Assembly: GCA_033762295.1 (NCBI GenBank)
Contig: JANRLW010000071.1
Coordinates: forward strand, 8,378 to 72,377
From: Capsulimonadales bacterium
GTDB taxonomy: Bacteria > Armatimonadota > Armatimonadia > Armatimonadales > Armatimonadaceae
DNA: 64,000 nt
Direction: 5' to 3'
Position 1 is the stretch's first letter. Every line of letters starts with the position of its first letter. A program made the translations under genes and the position numbers. The notes beneath the pieces are model-generated. The model worked only from the letters and a program-made list of their open reading frames with translations, did not search any database and had not been told where the DNA came from. This document shows positions 36,949-46,198 of this stretch, one piece after another.

Positions 36949-38477
36949 ATGACGTTCCTTAGCTCCTCGCCCGCCACTTCGACATCGGAGAAATGAATGG
37001 TTTCGTCCCCGAGGATCTGATAATCCTCATGTCCCTTCCCGGCAATGACCACCGTGTCTCCCGCCCGTGCGATGCCGACCGCCAGCGCGATCGCTTTGCG
37101 CCGGTCCGCTTCCCGGTACACGGTTCCCCCGACCGCCATCCCGGTAAAAATCTCGTCGATGATCGCTTCCGGTTCCTCCCGGCGCGGGTTATCGGAGGTG
37201 ACGACGACGATATCGGCCAGACGGGTCGCAATCCCGCCCATGATCGGCCGTTTCGTTCGATCACGGTTACCGCCACACCCGAAAACCGCGATCAACCGCC
37301 CCGGCGTCAGCGGACGCGCCGAGGTCAGAACATTTTCCAGGCCGTCCGGGGTATGCGCATAGTCGACCAGCACCGCGAACTCCTGTCCGACCCGTACCGG
37401 TTCGAAACGCCCCGGCACCGGCGGACAGGTCGACAATCCCCGGGCGATCACCTCGACCGCCAGTCCGCGGGCGATTCCGTATCCGATCGCGGCCAGAGCG
37501 TTCTCGACATTGAACCGTCCGCCGAACGGCAGGTCGATCGGAACACGCCCGTTCGGCGTTTCGGCGACGAACCGGATCGCATCGATTGCAGGGTGGACCT
37601 CGGTCGCGCGAATATCCGCCGGTCCGTCGGTCGCATAGGTAATGGTCCGGTCGGCACGCGTGATGGTCGCGTAGTACCGGCCCGCATCCGATCCCACATT
37701 CAATACGGCGACGAATTTTTTCCCGTCCTCGCGGGCGGCGTCGGCATACTCGGTGAACAGCAGTCCCTTGGCGTCCCGGTACGCTTCCATGGTCCCGTGA
37801 AAATCGAGGTGGTCCTGTGTCAGGTTGGTAAACACGCCGACGTCATACGCGCAGCCGGTCACCCGCCCCGAAACCAGGGCGTGCGACGAGACCTCCATCA
37901 CCGCCGAAACCGCGCCGGCCGCCCGCATCCCGGCAAACAGCCTTTGCAGGTCCGGGGCTTCCGGCGTCGTCCGGTCGTGCGGAATCGCTTCTCCGGCGAC
38001 GGTCGCGCCCAGGGTGCCCACCGTTCCCGTCCTCTCTCCCGCCGCGCGCGCGATGCTGTCGATCATGCGCGTGACGGTCGTTTTCCCGTTGGTCCCCGTG
38101 ACACCGGCCAGATACAGGGCGCGGGTCGGGAAATCGTAGAAGGCTCCGGCGATCGGCCCCAGGGCCGCCCGCACATTCGGAACGATGAGGGTCGGGACGG
38201 ACGGAACCACCGTTTCGGCGACGCGGTCGGCCTGAATCACCACGGCGGCCGCGCCGCTCGCCACCGCCCGGTCAAGAAACGCATGGCCATCGAATCGCTC
38301 TCCGGGAACCGCCAGAAACAAAAAACCCGGCTCGACCGACCGGGAATCGTACGTCAGACCGGTAATCCTCGTTTCCCCGGTCCCGTCTTTCAGATACCCT
38401 TCCGGCGTCGCCCGTGCCAGTTCCTTCAACCCTTTGCTTCGGACCATCGCCCCATCCATCGTACGTCGCCCCTTCAC
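36945..38477 (-). CDS. murE: UDP-MurNAc-dipeptide--diaminopimelate ligase
   Basis: GTNGKTT, TTPE, DHLDFH, DYAHTPD, SDNPR, AGKGHE. Confidence 0.97.
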   Translation of the reverse strand: MKGRRTMDGAMVRSKGLKELARATPEGYLKDGTGETRITGLTYDSRSVEPGFLFLAVPGERFDGHAFLDRAVASGAAAVVIQADRVAETVVPSVPTLIVPNVRAALGPIAGAFYDFPTRALYLAGVTGTNGKTTVTRMIDSIARAAGERTGTVGTLGATVAGEAIPHDRTTPEAPDLQRLFAGMRAAGAVSAVMEVSSHALVSGRVTGCAYDVGVFTNLTQDHLDFHGTMEAYRDAKGLLFTEYADAAREDGKKFVAVLNVGSDAGRYYATITRADRTITYATDGPADIRATEVHPAIDAIRFVAETPNGRVPIDLPFGGRFNVENALAAIGYGIARGLAVEVIARGLSTCPPVPGRFEPVRVGQEFAVLVDYAHTPDGLENVLTSARPLTPGRLIAVFGCGGNRDRTKRPIMGGIATRLADIVVVTSDNPRREEPEAIIDEIFTGMAVGGTVYREADRRKAIALAVGIARAGDTVVIAGKGHEDYQILGDETIHFSDVEVAGEELRNVI

Positions 38478-38543
38478 CGAGATTAAACCACATTCGGCCG
38501 TCGCCCGAAGGGATATGCCAGACCGTCTCCGGTTGGAGCATTC

Positions 38544-40466
38544 TCAATCGCTGGCAGCCGTCGCCACGGATTTCTTGTCGTCGCGCAACACCCCGTCTCT
38601 CGGAACCCGCCAGGCGAGCAACGCCTTTTCGGCGATCTCCTTGAACACCGGACCGGCTACCGCGCCACCGTAATGGATCCCGCCCTTCGGCTTGCTGACC
38701 GAGACGGCGATGACGAAACGGGGTTTTTCAACCGGCGCGATTCCGATGAAGGAGGAGATAAACTCGTCCGGGCTGTAGCCTCGTCCGCCGGTCCGGGCGA
38801 CCTGCGCGGTGGCGGTCTTCCCGCCCGCCGTATATCCATCGAGTCGGGCGGGCTTTCCGGTGCCGACCTCCATCGCCGCCAGGAGCATTTTTCGAACGGT
38901 CCGGGCCGTCCGGGGGGAGATCACCTGCCGTCCCTCCTCCACCTTCCGGAGTTCGGTCTGTCCTACCTCGTCACGAATGCCCCGGACGATTCGCGGCCTC
39001 CGATACATCCCATCGTTGGCGATCGCGCCGTATGCGGCGGCCATCTGAATGGCGTTCACGGTCATTCCCTGACCGAAGGCGATATTCGCCCAGCGGATGT
39101 CGGACCATTTTTCGGGCGCTTCGAGCACGCCGGGTTCCTCGCCCGGCAGACCGCTCTTTGGCCGCTCTCCGAATCCGAACTTCCGCAGATAGTGGTATAA
39201 CCGGGTTTGTCCCAGTCCGAAGCCGATCTCCGCCGTCCCGATATTGCACGAATTGGCCAGCACGGTCGTCACGTCCTGATTTCGATGTTTCTGGCCGTCG
39301 TGGCAGTGAATCGTTCTTCGCCCGATCCGCCTGGACCAGTTACAGAAAAAATGACTCTCCGGAGTAATCTTCCCCTCTTCCAGGGCGGCAGCGATCGTAA
39401 AGACCTTCATCGTCGAACCGGGTTCGAATGTGGCGGTGACGGCCCGGTTCATACGGGCCACGCTATCGGATTTTTCCCAGTGATTGATATCGAAGGTCGG
39501 ATAGTTCGCCAGGGCGAGAATATCGCCGGTCGCAGGGTCCAGAACGACCGCCGTCGCCGCTTCCGCTCTGGCGGCGAGAAACGCTTTGCCCAATGCTTCC
39601 TGCACGGTGTGCTGAAGGTCGGCATCCAGGGTCAGGACAAAGTTCGTGCCGTGCTGGGGCGGCCGATGGTTGCGAATCGTTCCCGGAATCATTCCACGCG
39701 AGTCGAACTCCGCCTGCAGTTCGCCGGGACGGCCCTTCAACGAGTAGGTCGGTCCGTGCTGGAGCGCGGACTCCAGTCCTTCCAGCCCTTCTCCGTCCGT
39801 ACCGGTGATCCCGACGACCTGAGGGGCCAGATCGCCCAGAACCGCCGAACGGCGAACGGCGGGTCGAACGCCGGCTCCCAGAATCTGCTGCTGCTTGATC
39901 CGCTCACCGAGTTTTTCAGGCATCTCCCGGGCGATGACGATGGTCCGGTAGGACCCGGTCGACCCTTTTACGATGCCCCGTTTCTCGACGATTCCCCGAA
40001 CATCGATACCCGGCAGCAGCGCCGACAGACGCTCGATGGCGCTTCGCTTCAGCGTTTCCGCCGTCTCGTCACTGGCGCGCGCGGCGAACCAGAGGTTGGG
40101 GTCGAGGACGATGTCGCAGACCGGCTCGTTACGAACCAGCGGATTGCCGTAGCGATCCAGCATTTCGCCGCGTCGCGCCGGCAATTCCACGGTACGCGAC
40201 CGCAGTTCCCGCGCTTCCCTGACGAAATCGTTCCGTTTCACGACCTGGAGGTAGACGAGTCGGGCGGCCAAGGCGGCGTGCGCCAGCGCCAGCAACAGGA
40301 AAATGGGCAGAACCCGTTCCTGGACCACCACTCCCGTCGTTTCGCGGGCGGCGACCCGGGCGTTCTCCCGTGCCGCGGCGTGAAGCGCATTGAGAGCCGG
40401 GTTCGGACGGCGTCCACGGGTGTACGCGCCGGGGCCGTTCGGCTTCGTCGTTCGAATCGTCGCCAT
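38544..40466 (-). CDS. ftsI: class B penicillin-binding protein (FtsI/PBP3)
   Basis: RGEMLDR, EPGSTMK (SxxK), SCN (SxN), GKTATAQ (KTG variant). Confidence 0.93.
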   Translation of the reverse strand: MATIRTTKPNGPGAYTRGRRPNPALNALHAAARENARVAARETTGVVVQERVLPIFLLLALAHAALAARLVYLQVVKRNDFVREARELRSRTVELPARRGEMLDRYGNPLVRNEPVCDIVLDPNLWFAARASDETAETLKRSAIERLSALLPGIDVRGIVEKRGIVKGSTGSYRTIVIAREMPEKLGERIKQQQILGAGVRPAVRRSAVLGDLAPQVVGITGTDGEGLEGLESALQHGPTYSLKGRPGELQAEFDSRGMIPGTIRNHRPPQHGTNFVLTLDADLQHTVQEALGKAFLAARAEAATAVVLDPATGDILALANYPTFDINHWEKSDSVARMNRAVTATFEPGSTMKVFTIAAALEEGKITPESHFFCNWSRRIGRRTIHCHDGQKHRNQDVTTVLANSCNIGTAEIGFGLGQTRLYHYLRKFGFGERPKSGLPGEEPGVLEAPEKWSDIRWANIAFGQGMTVNAIQMAAAYGAIANDGMYRRPRIVRGIRDEVGQTELRKVEEGRQVISPRTARTVRKMLLAAMEVGTGKPARLDGYTAGGKTATAQVARTGGRGYSPDEFISSFIGIAPVEKPRFVIAVSVSKPKGGIHYGGAVAGPVFKEIAEKALLAWRVPRDGVLRDDKKSVATAASD

Positions 40467-41008
40467 CAGGGAACTACCTCGTCCGAGCCCGCATCCGCTC
40501 CGGTGTTCGAGTCATCGGTCGCCAGCATCCGGACCGTTCCCGGGGTTTGCGGCACCAGCCCCATCTTCCGCGCCAGTTCGGCGATGCGTTCCAGGGATTG
40601 ATGCTCGGAAATGGACGCCTGTAGCGCGTTCCCGCGCTTCTCCGCCTCGGCGATTTCCCGATGGAGCCGTTTGATCGCAAACCCCTCGGCGGTGACCCGG
40701 GCGTACGCGGCAACGTAACAGCAGAGCAGGGAAACGATGAAGGAAGCGAGCAGGACGGCCAGCATTTCGCGACCGACCGCGCGGTTGGCGGGTCGGGAGA
40801 CGGCGGGGGTTCGTTTTGCGCCAAGGACTCGATTGGCTCGATTGGCCGGAACGACCGCGTTTCCGGCCATTCGCGAGGCGTGCGCCCGCGCCTGGGAAGC
40901 GTCAGGGGGGGCCGGGGACCCCACCGACGTCCGTGGAGCGGGCATCGCCCGCGCCCTGGTCGCTCGTGCCGGAGGCACCATTCCCGGTTCGGCCATCATC
41001 CGCGCCAT
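40466..41008 (-). CDS. ftsL: FtsL-like septal protein
   Basis: Single TM plus coiled coil ending LERIAELARKMGL, located between rsmH and ftsI. SD AAGGA. Confidence 0.75.
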   Translation of the reverse strand: MARMMAEPGMVPPARATRARAMPAPRTSVGSPAPPDASQARAHASRMAGNAVVPANRANRVLGAKRTPAVSRPANRAVGREMLAVLLASFIVSLLCCYVAAYARVTAEGFAIKRLHREIAEAEKRGNALQASISEHQSLERIAELARKMGLVPQTPGTVRMLATDDSNTGADAGSDEVVP

Positions 41009-41102
41009 ATTTCGTTCCTTACCTGTGTCCTGTTCGGTATCGTTCGGTATCGTTCGGTCATCCGACCTCGGGCGTTCGTGTCCCGGACGCTGTCCGAACG
41101 CG

Positions 41103-42050
41103 TTATGGCTCGCTCCCGATTCGTTCTGCGACACGCAGTTTCGCGCTTCGGGCGCGGGGATTGGACCGCACTTCCTCCTCCGTCGGGGTAATGGGTTTTC
41201 GAGTCACCGGCATCAGGATCGGCGGCGGCAACGGTTGTGGCGAGGGCAGGTCGGATTCGACCCGTTTGCCCGCCAGTTCCGCCATCACCTTCTTGACGAT
41301 GCGATCCTCCAGCGAATGGTAGGAGATCACCGCCAGTCGCCCTCCGGCCGCCAGTCGCCCGGCCGCCGCCCGTAAGGCGCCTTCCAGAATGTCCAGTTCC
41401 CGATTCACGGCGATGCGAACCGCCTGAAAAACCTTCGTCGCCGGGTGGATCTCTCCCGGTCGGGTCCGGAACGGCATCGCCGCCCGTACCGCATCGGTCA
41501 GATCCTCCGTCGTCTCCAGCGGACGAACGGCCCGCCGCCGGACGATCTCCGCGGCGATCCGCTTTCCTCTGGGTTCCTCCCCGAACTCAAACAGGATTCG
41601 TGCGATCTCCGCTTCCGGCAGGCGGTTCAGCAGTTCGGCGGCGGTTTCCCCGCCGGCCGTTCCCGCCATTCTCATATCCAGGGGTCCGACGTATCGAATC
41701 GCGAACCCCCGCTCCGGCGTATCCAATTGGTGCGACGAAACCCCCAGATCGAAGAGCGCTCCGTCCACCGTTCGTAACCCATCCCCGTCCATCGCTTCGC
41801 TCAAATCGGCGAAGTTTACCTGATGCAATCGAATTTCGGTCTCATCCACCACATCGAGCGTCTTTCGCGCTTCTGCGAGCGCTTCCGCGTCCTGGTCCAG
41901 TCCGATCAACAGCCCGCCCGGAGCGATCCGCTGAGCGATCGCTCGTGCATGGCCCCCGCCACCCAGCGTGGCATCCAGGATTCGCTTTCCCGGCGCGAGT
42001 CGGAGTGCGTCCGTCACTTCGTTCAACAACGCCGGTACGTGATACGTCAT
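41103..42050 (-). CDS. rsmH: 16S rRNA m4C1402 methyltransferase
   Basis: DATLGGGGH, DLGVSS, LDMRM, SYHSLEDR, NPRARSAKLR. Confidence 0.98.
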   Translation of the reverse strand: MTYHVPALLNEVTDALRLAPGKRILDATLGGGGHARAIAQRIAPGGLLIGLDQDAEALAEARKTLDVVDETEIRLHQVNFADLSEAMDGDGLRTVDGALFDLGVSSHQLDTPERGFAIRYVGPLDMRMAGTAGGETAAELLNRLPEAEIARILFEFGEEPRGKRIAAEIVRRRAVRPLETTEDLTDAVRAAMPFRTRPGEIHPATKVFQAVRIAVNRELDILEGALRAAAGRLAAGGRLAVISYHSLEDRIVKKVMAELAGKRVESDLPSPQPLPPPILMPVTRKPITPTEEEVRSNPRARSAKLRVAERIGSEP

Positions 42051-42057
42051 CTCCCGC

Positions 42058-42489
42058 TTACTTTCCGAGTCCGACTTCCGCCGCGGATCGAGCGATCAGT
42101 TCGTCGCTCAAGCTGGCATTAAACGCATCCCAACCGGCCCGCGACCAGATCTCGATCCGACTCCCGGCCCCGACGATGACGACCTCCTCGACGATGCCGG
42201 CGAACTCCCGGAGGTTGCCGGGAATCGCGACCCGTCCCTGATTATCCACCTGTGTCTCCAGCGCCTCCGCCGACAGCCAGCGTTGAAGAAGGATCGTATG
42301 CCGATCCAGCGCCGGTTGCGCCTGCAGTTTCTTTTCCATTTCGACAAAATCGTCCTCGCGGAAAACGAAGAGACATTTGTCTAATCCTTTGGTGATGATG
42401 AAGGTATTGCCAAGTTCATTTCGGAAACGCAAGGGAATAATGACTCGTCCCTTGTCATCGACCGAATGGTAGTGCGCCCCACGAAACAC
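42058..42489 (-). CDS. mraZ: transcriptional regulator MraZ
   Basis: Two DxxGR motifs (DDKGR, DNQGR), IEIWS. Confidence 0.97.
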   Translation of the reverse strand: MFRGAHYHSVDDKGRVIIPLRFRNELGNTFIITKGLDKCLFVFREDDFVEMEKKLQAQPALDRHTILLQRWLSAEALETQVDNQGRVAIPGNLREFAGIVEEVVIVGAGSRIEIWSRAGWDAFNASLSDELIARSAAEVGLGK

Positions 42490-42536
42490 GCTTTAACGCT
42501 CTCCCCGGGGCCGTAATCCACTCGCCACCCCGAACC

Positions 42537-42573
42537 CTCCACCAGGTCACCACTTGCCACCACTCGCCACCAC
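42537..42573 (-). promoter_or_regulatory. MraZ-binding direct repeats
   Basis: Minus strand GTGGTG at 42573, 42563 and 42553 (10-bp period) plus GTGGAG at 42542, just downstream of the predicted TSS. Confidence 0.8.
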
Positions 42574-42580
42574 TGCGAGG

Positions 42581-42609
42581 ATTGTATGACATCCCCCCCG
42601 CCATGTCAA
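42581..42609 (-). promoter_or_regulatory. sigma70 promoter of the dcw operon
   Basis: Minus strand TTGACA (42609-42604), 17 nt, TACAAT (42586-42581). Confidence 0.88.
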
Positions 42610-42850
42610 CGTCTGTCGGTCGAATTACCCGTTTTTTTTATCAAAGCACTACCGTATATGGGTTTTTTGCCACGCCTGGCCCCAACATATAGTGTCCCCG
42701 AACCCGTTCGCGGACAGGGTTCGTACCACCTCCGGACCGCCTGCGGCCTTCCGCCCGGCGAGGGTTCGCCTCCACCTGCCACCACCGGGGCCCTTTTTCC
42801 CCGAGAGTTGCCGTCCCCCCCTTGCGGACGGTGGCGATTTCGGGTGGCCG

Positions 42851-42926
42851 GTGGAGGCCAGGGGAGATTTGGGGAGGTTTGGGGAGGCCGGGGGAGGTTT
42901 GGGGGAGGTTTGGGGGGCCGAAGGAG
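42851..42926 (+). repeat. about 10-bp periodic G(T/G)GGAG repeat array
   Basis: GTGGAG at 42851; GGGGAG at 42861, 42871, 42881, 42891 and 42902; GGGGGG at 42912. Confidence 0.85.
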
Positions 42927-43056
42927 GCACGGAGGGAGGCACGGGGCGAACATCGACCCGTCGCACGGCAAGGCCGCCCTCCGGACGAAGGGATTCATCG
43001 GGCATCGGGAGAATCTATTCCGGCAAAGAACCCTACTTACAGGAAACCGAAATCAG

Positions 43057-44046
43057 ATGCAACCGATTACCGATGCCCCATATATCCTCGGTGTGGACCT
43101 CGGCGGAACGAATGTCCGGGCCGCCGTTCTCGACCGTGCGGGGAAGCTTCTGGGATCGGGACGTGCCTCGTCCTACGCGACGGAGGGCGTCCCCGCGACC
43201 ATCACGCAGATCGTTACCGCCGCCGGCACCGCTATGGAAACGGCCGGCGTCCGCAAGGAAGACGTGGCCGGACTCGGAATCGGTTGTCCGGGACATATCG
43301 ATGACCGGAATGGCGTCGTTCTGTGGGCGCCCAACTTCTTCGAACAGGGACTTCCCTGGCGCAAGGTCACTCTGGCCGAGCCGATCAGCCAGCAGATCGG
43401 TCTTCCCGTCTTCATGGGCAACGATGCCAACGTCGCCGCGCTCGGCGAGTTTCGCTTCGGAGCGGGACGCGCGGTCCGTACCATGGTCATGGTCACCCTG
43501 GGCACCGGCATCGGCGGCGGCATCATCCTGGATGGCAAACTCTGGACCGGTTCCTCCGGCGGTGCCGGTGAGATCGGCCATATCATCGTCGCGGCCGGAC
43601 AGCGGGGCGGGGCCGCAGTCTTCGGCGCGCTGGAAAGCATGGGGCAGATCGCCGCCATCAACGAGTGTGCGGCACGCAAGATCTGCTCCGGACGCAAAAC
43701 CGTCCTCACCGAAAAAGTCGACGACTGGCACTTCCTGGAACCCAAAGTCATCGCCGAGGCGGCGAATGAGGGCGATGCCGTGGCAATCGAAGTTTTTGAA
43801 GAGGTCGGTTATTTTATCGGCCTTGGAATCGCGTCGATGATCAACCTTCTCGACCCGGAGATGGTCGTCATCGGCGGGGGCGTCGCCCAGGCCGGAGAAC
43901 TGATCTTCGACCCGATCCGTCGTTCGACCCGCGCCAACGGCATTCCGTCGCTTGTCGCGCACTGTCCGCTCGTCCCGGCCGAACTGGGCGACGACGCCGG
44001 GATTTACGGCGGGGCGTCGCTGGTGCTGGACGCGATCGAATCCTGA
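43057..44046 (+). CDS. ROK family sugar kinase (glucokinase-like)
   Basis: LGVDLGGT, NDANVAALGE, LGTGIGGG, AGEIGH. No N-terminal HTH. Confidence 0.92.
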   Translation: MQPITDAPYILGVDLGGTNVRAAVLDRAGKLLGSGRASSYATEGVPATITQIVTAAGTAMETAGVRKEDVAGLGIGCPGHIDDRNGVVLWAPNFFEQGLPWRKVTLAEPISQQIGLPVFMGNDANVAALGEFRFGAGRAVRTMVMVTLGTGIGGGIILDGKLWTGSSGGAGEIGHIIVAAGQRGGAAVFGALESMGQIAAINECAARKICSGRKTVLTEKVDDWHFLEPKVIAEAANEGDAVAIEVFEEVGYFIGLGIASMINLLDPEMVVIGGGVAQAGELIFDPIRRSTRANGIPSLVAHCPLVPAELGDDAGIYGGASLVLDAIES

Positions 44047-44077
44047 TCCGACACCGAAAAATCCGTTCGGCGACGCG

Positions 44078-44109
44078 AAACGGCCTGCAAACGCAGGCCG
44101 TTTTTGTTT
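44078..44109 (+). terminator. intrinsic terminator after the ROK gene
   Basis: AAACGGCCTGC-AAAC-GCAGGCCGTTT plus T tract. Confidence 0.8.
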
Positions 44110-44303
44110 CAGGTGTTTGAAACACTTTTAAGCCAAATTTCAGGAACAAACGTTTCGCTCAGTGCGTACATCCCAAAAATTTACGGTTAACGCCCGCTCA
44201 CTTGATGAAAATCGAGAGGAATGATATGAAACAAACGCATCCCCAATCTGCGTAGGAATGAACAGGGTGGCCTTCGGAGGCGCCCTTTCGAAGGAGAATT
44301 GAT

Positions 44304-45161
44304 TTGACTTCCATGACCAAACACCCGGCAACGGGTTTCAATCGGAAGGCGTTCACACTGATCGAGCTGCTCGTCGTCATCGCCATTATCGCGATTCTGG
44401 CGGCCATCCTGTTCCCCGTGTTCGCCCAGGCTCGCGAAAAGGCTCGATCCGTTTCCTGCCTTTCCAATATCAAACAGATCGGTCTGTCCGTTCTTATGTA
44501 CGGACAGGACTACGATGAGGTCTTCCCGATGGGCCTGACCTCGAACTGGCAAAGCGGATGGCCGGTCGCCGTTCAGCCGTATACCAAGAGCGTCGATCTG
44601 TTCCGCTGTCCGAGCGATAGCGACCGCTCCTACGGAGCGTATGGCACGGCGAATGACGCTCAGTACTGGGTCGGCGTTCCGATCTCCTACGCCTCCAACG
44701 GGATCATTATGTGGGACAATAACGCCCAGCAAAATATCAACAAGGGCATTATGAGCATCGCCGACAGTTCCTGGGTCGGCAACAGCGTCACCGCGATGGC
44801 GGGCGTCAATCGACCGGCGGACACCATCCTGCTGACCGAAGTGCACAACGGTGACGCCATGCGTACGACCGGCAATCCGGCCGGCACCTGGGGCAACTTC
44901 AGCAACTTCGGACCCGGTTCGGTCATCGCCAACATCAACTGGGACGACCGGACGATGCCGCGCGGAATTGCGCCGAACGGCACCCGACCGGCCAGCAATC
45001 CGTACCCGACCGGCCCGACCGGTTCGCTGTCCACCCGCCACTCGGAAATGACCAACTTTACGTTCGCCGACGGTCACTCCAAGGCGATGCGCGCGGCGCA
45101 GACCAACCCGGACCCGGATAACCGCCCGCAGGATAACATGTGGGATGCGACCCGCCCGTAA
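44304..45161 (+). CDS. DUF1559 / H-X9-DG prepilin-type protein
   Basis: [65 protein letters not shown] before TTG. Confidence 0.92.
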   Translation: MTSMTKHPATGFNRKAFTLIELLVVIAIIAILAAILFPVFAQAREKARSVSCLSNIKQIGLSVLMYGQDYDEVFPMGLTSNWQSGWPVAVQPYTKSVDLFRCPSDSDRSYGAYGTANDAQYWVGVPISYASNGIIMWDNNAQQNINKGIMSIADSSWVGNSVTAMAGVNRPADTILLTEVHNGDAMRTTGNPAGTWGNFSNFGPGSVIANINWDDRTMPRGIAPNGTRPASNPYPTGPTGSLSTRHSEMTNFTFADGHSKAMRAAQTNPDPDNRPQDNMWDATRP

Positions 45162-45195
45162 TCACCGGGAGTCATCGAACCGAAAGGAGATCCCG

Positions 45196-45411
45196 ATGCG
45201 TTTCGTTTCCCCGACGCTTCTGGCAGTGACCGTTCTGGGGGCGCTGACCCTGCTGACCGGTTGTTCCGAGCCGGCCAGCAAACCGGCGACGACCAACGAC
45301 GTGAAAAGCTTCCGCGGGGGTGAGATGCCGCCCGAAGTCCGCCAGAAAATAGAGGCCACACGCCGGAACGCCGCTCAGGGCGCCGCTTCCGGCGGTCAGG
45401 CCGTCCGGTAA
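45196..45411 (+). CDS. small lipoprotein (71 aa)
   Basis: SD AAGGAG, hydrophobic leader with lipobox LTGC. Confidence 0.75.
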   Translation: MRFVSPTLLAVTVLGALTLLTGCSEPASKPATTNDVKSFRGGEMPPEVRQKIEATRRNAAQGAASGGQAVR

Positions 45412-45430
45412 GGCGGAAGCCGTCCGGTAA

Positions 45431-46198
45431 TTACCCCGCCCCGTCTCCCCCGATGCGCCCGGCCCGATCCTGTCGGTTACCGGGTGGCACGGAGACGGGG
45501 CGTTCCGGTCCGTGCCTGTACCTCGTCTCCGAACGAACCTTCTCTTCCGCCGCCGCCTGAAGACGATTGATGGCCTCCGTCACCCGCGCCGCCGCCGCCG
45601 TCCAGTCCTCCCCCTCGCGGATGAAGATCGGCTCCCCGAAGATCCATCGGGCGCGCGCGAACGGACGCGGTATCAGGAACCGATCCCAGGAATCCGTTTC
45701 CCAACGGGGCCAGGCGGCGATTCCCGCCGGAATGATCGGCTTTCCGGATTTCAAAGCGAAGTAGACCACCCCCGGCTGCGCGACACCGGCCGGTCCCCGT
45801 GGCCCGTCCGGAGTGAAGGCCAGAACCCCTCCCTTGTCGAGCAGATTCAGCACCTCGCGCGCCGCCGCCGCCCCCCGGCGGTTGGTCGATCCCCGGATCA
45901 CTTTCAGACCGCAGGCCGCAAGATACGCCGCCAGAAAGTCTCCGTCCCGCGACAGCGAAACCAGCGTATGGTAACCGATCCGCCCGCGCCCGCGAAAATG
46001 GTCGATCGGTATCATCGTCCGACCGTGCCAGGTGACGAACAAACAGCCGCCGTGTTGAGCGATCAGCGCTTCGCTCTCCGCCTCGCGCTCAATCGTCAAC
46101 CGGAGGGTCGCGCAGAGGCACCGCACGACGCCCACCGTGATCCGCGCCAGAATCCGATTCTTCGGAGAGACGGGGCGGGGACGTTCCGGTTCCTTCAT
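45431..46198 (-). CDS. DUF374 lysophospholipid acyltransferase-like protein
   Basis: WHGR, SLSRDG, IRGS, FTPDGPRGP, SWDRFLIPRPF. Confidence 0.88.
   Translation of the reverse strand: MKEPERPRPVSPKNRILARITVGVVRCLCATLRLTIEREAESEALIAQHGGCLFVTWHGRTMIPIDHFRGRGRIGYHTLVSLSRDGDFLAAYLAACGLKVIRGSTNRRGAAAAREVLNLLDKGGVLAFTPDGPRGPAGVAQPGVVYFALKSGKPIIPAGIAAWPRWETDSWDRFLIPRPFARARWIFGEPIFIREGEDWTAAAARVTEAINRLQAAAEEKVRSETRYRHGPERPVSVPPGNRQDRAGRIGGDGAG

Noticed and set aside
42851..42926. Repeat array as CRISPR
   Set aside because: Units are about 10 nt with no unique spacers, and no cas genes are present.
42586..43056. 157-aa N-terminal extension of the ROK ORF with GGRGRFG repeats
   Set aside because: It overlaps the mraZ promoter and is just the translation of the G-rich array. 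A better start with SD-like AGGA exists at 43057.
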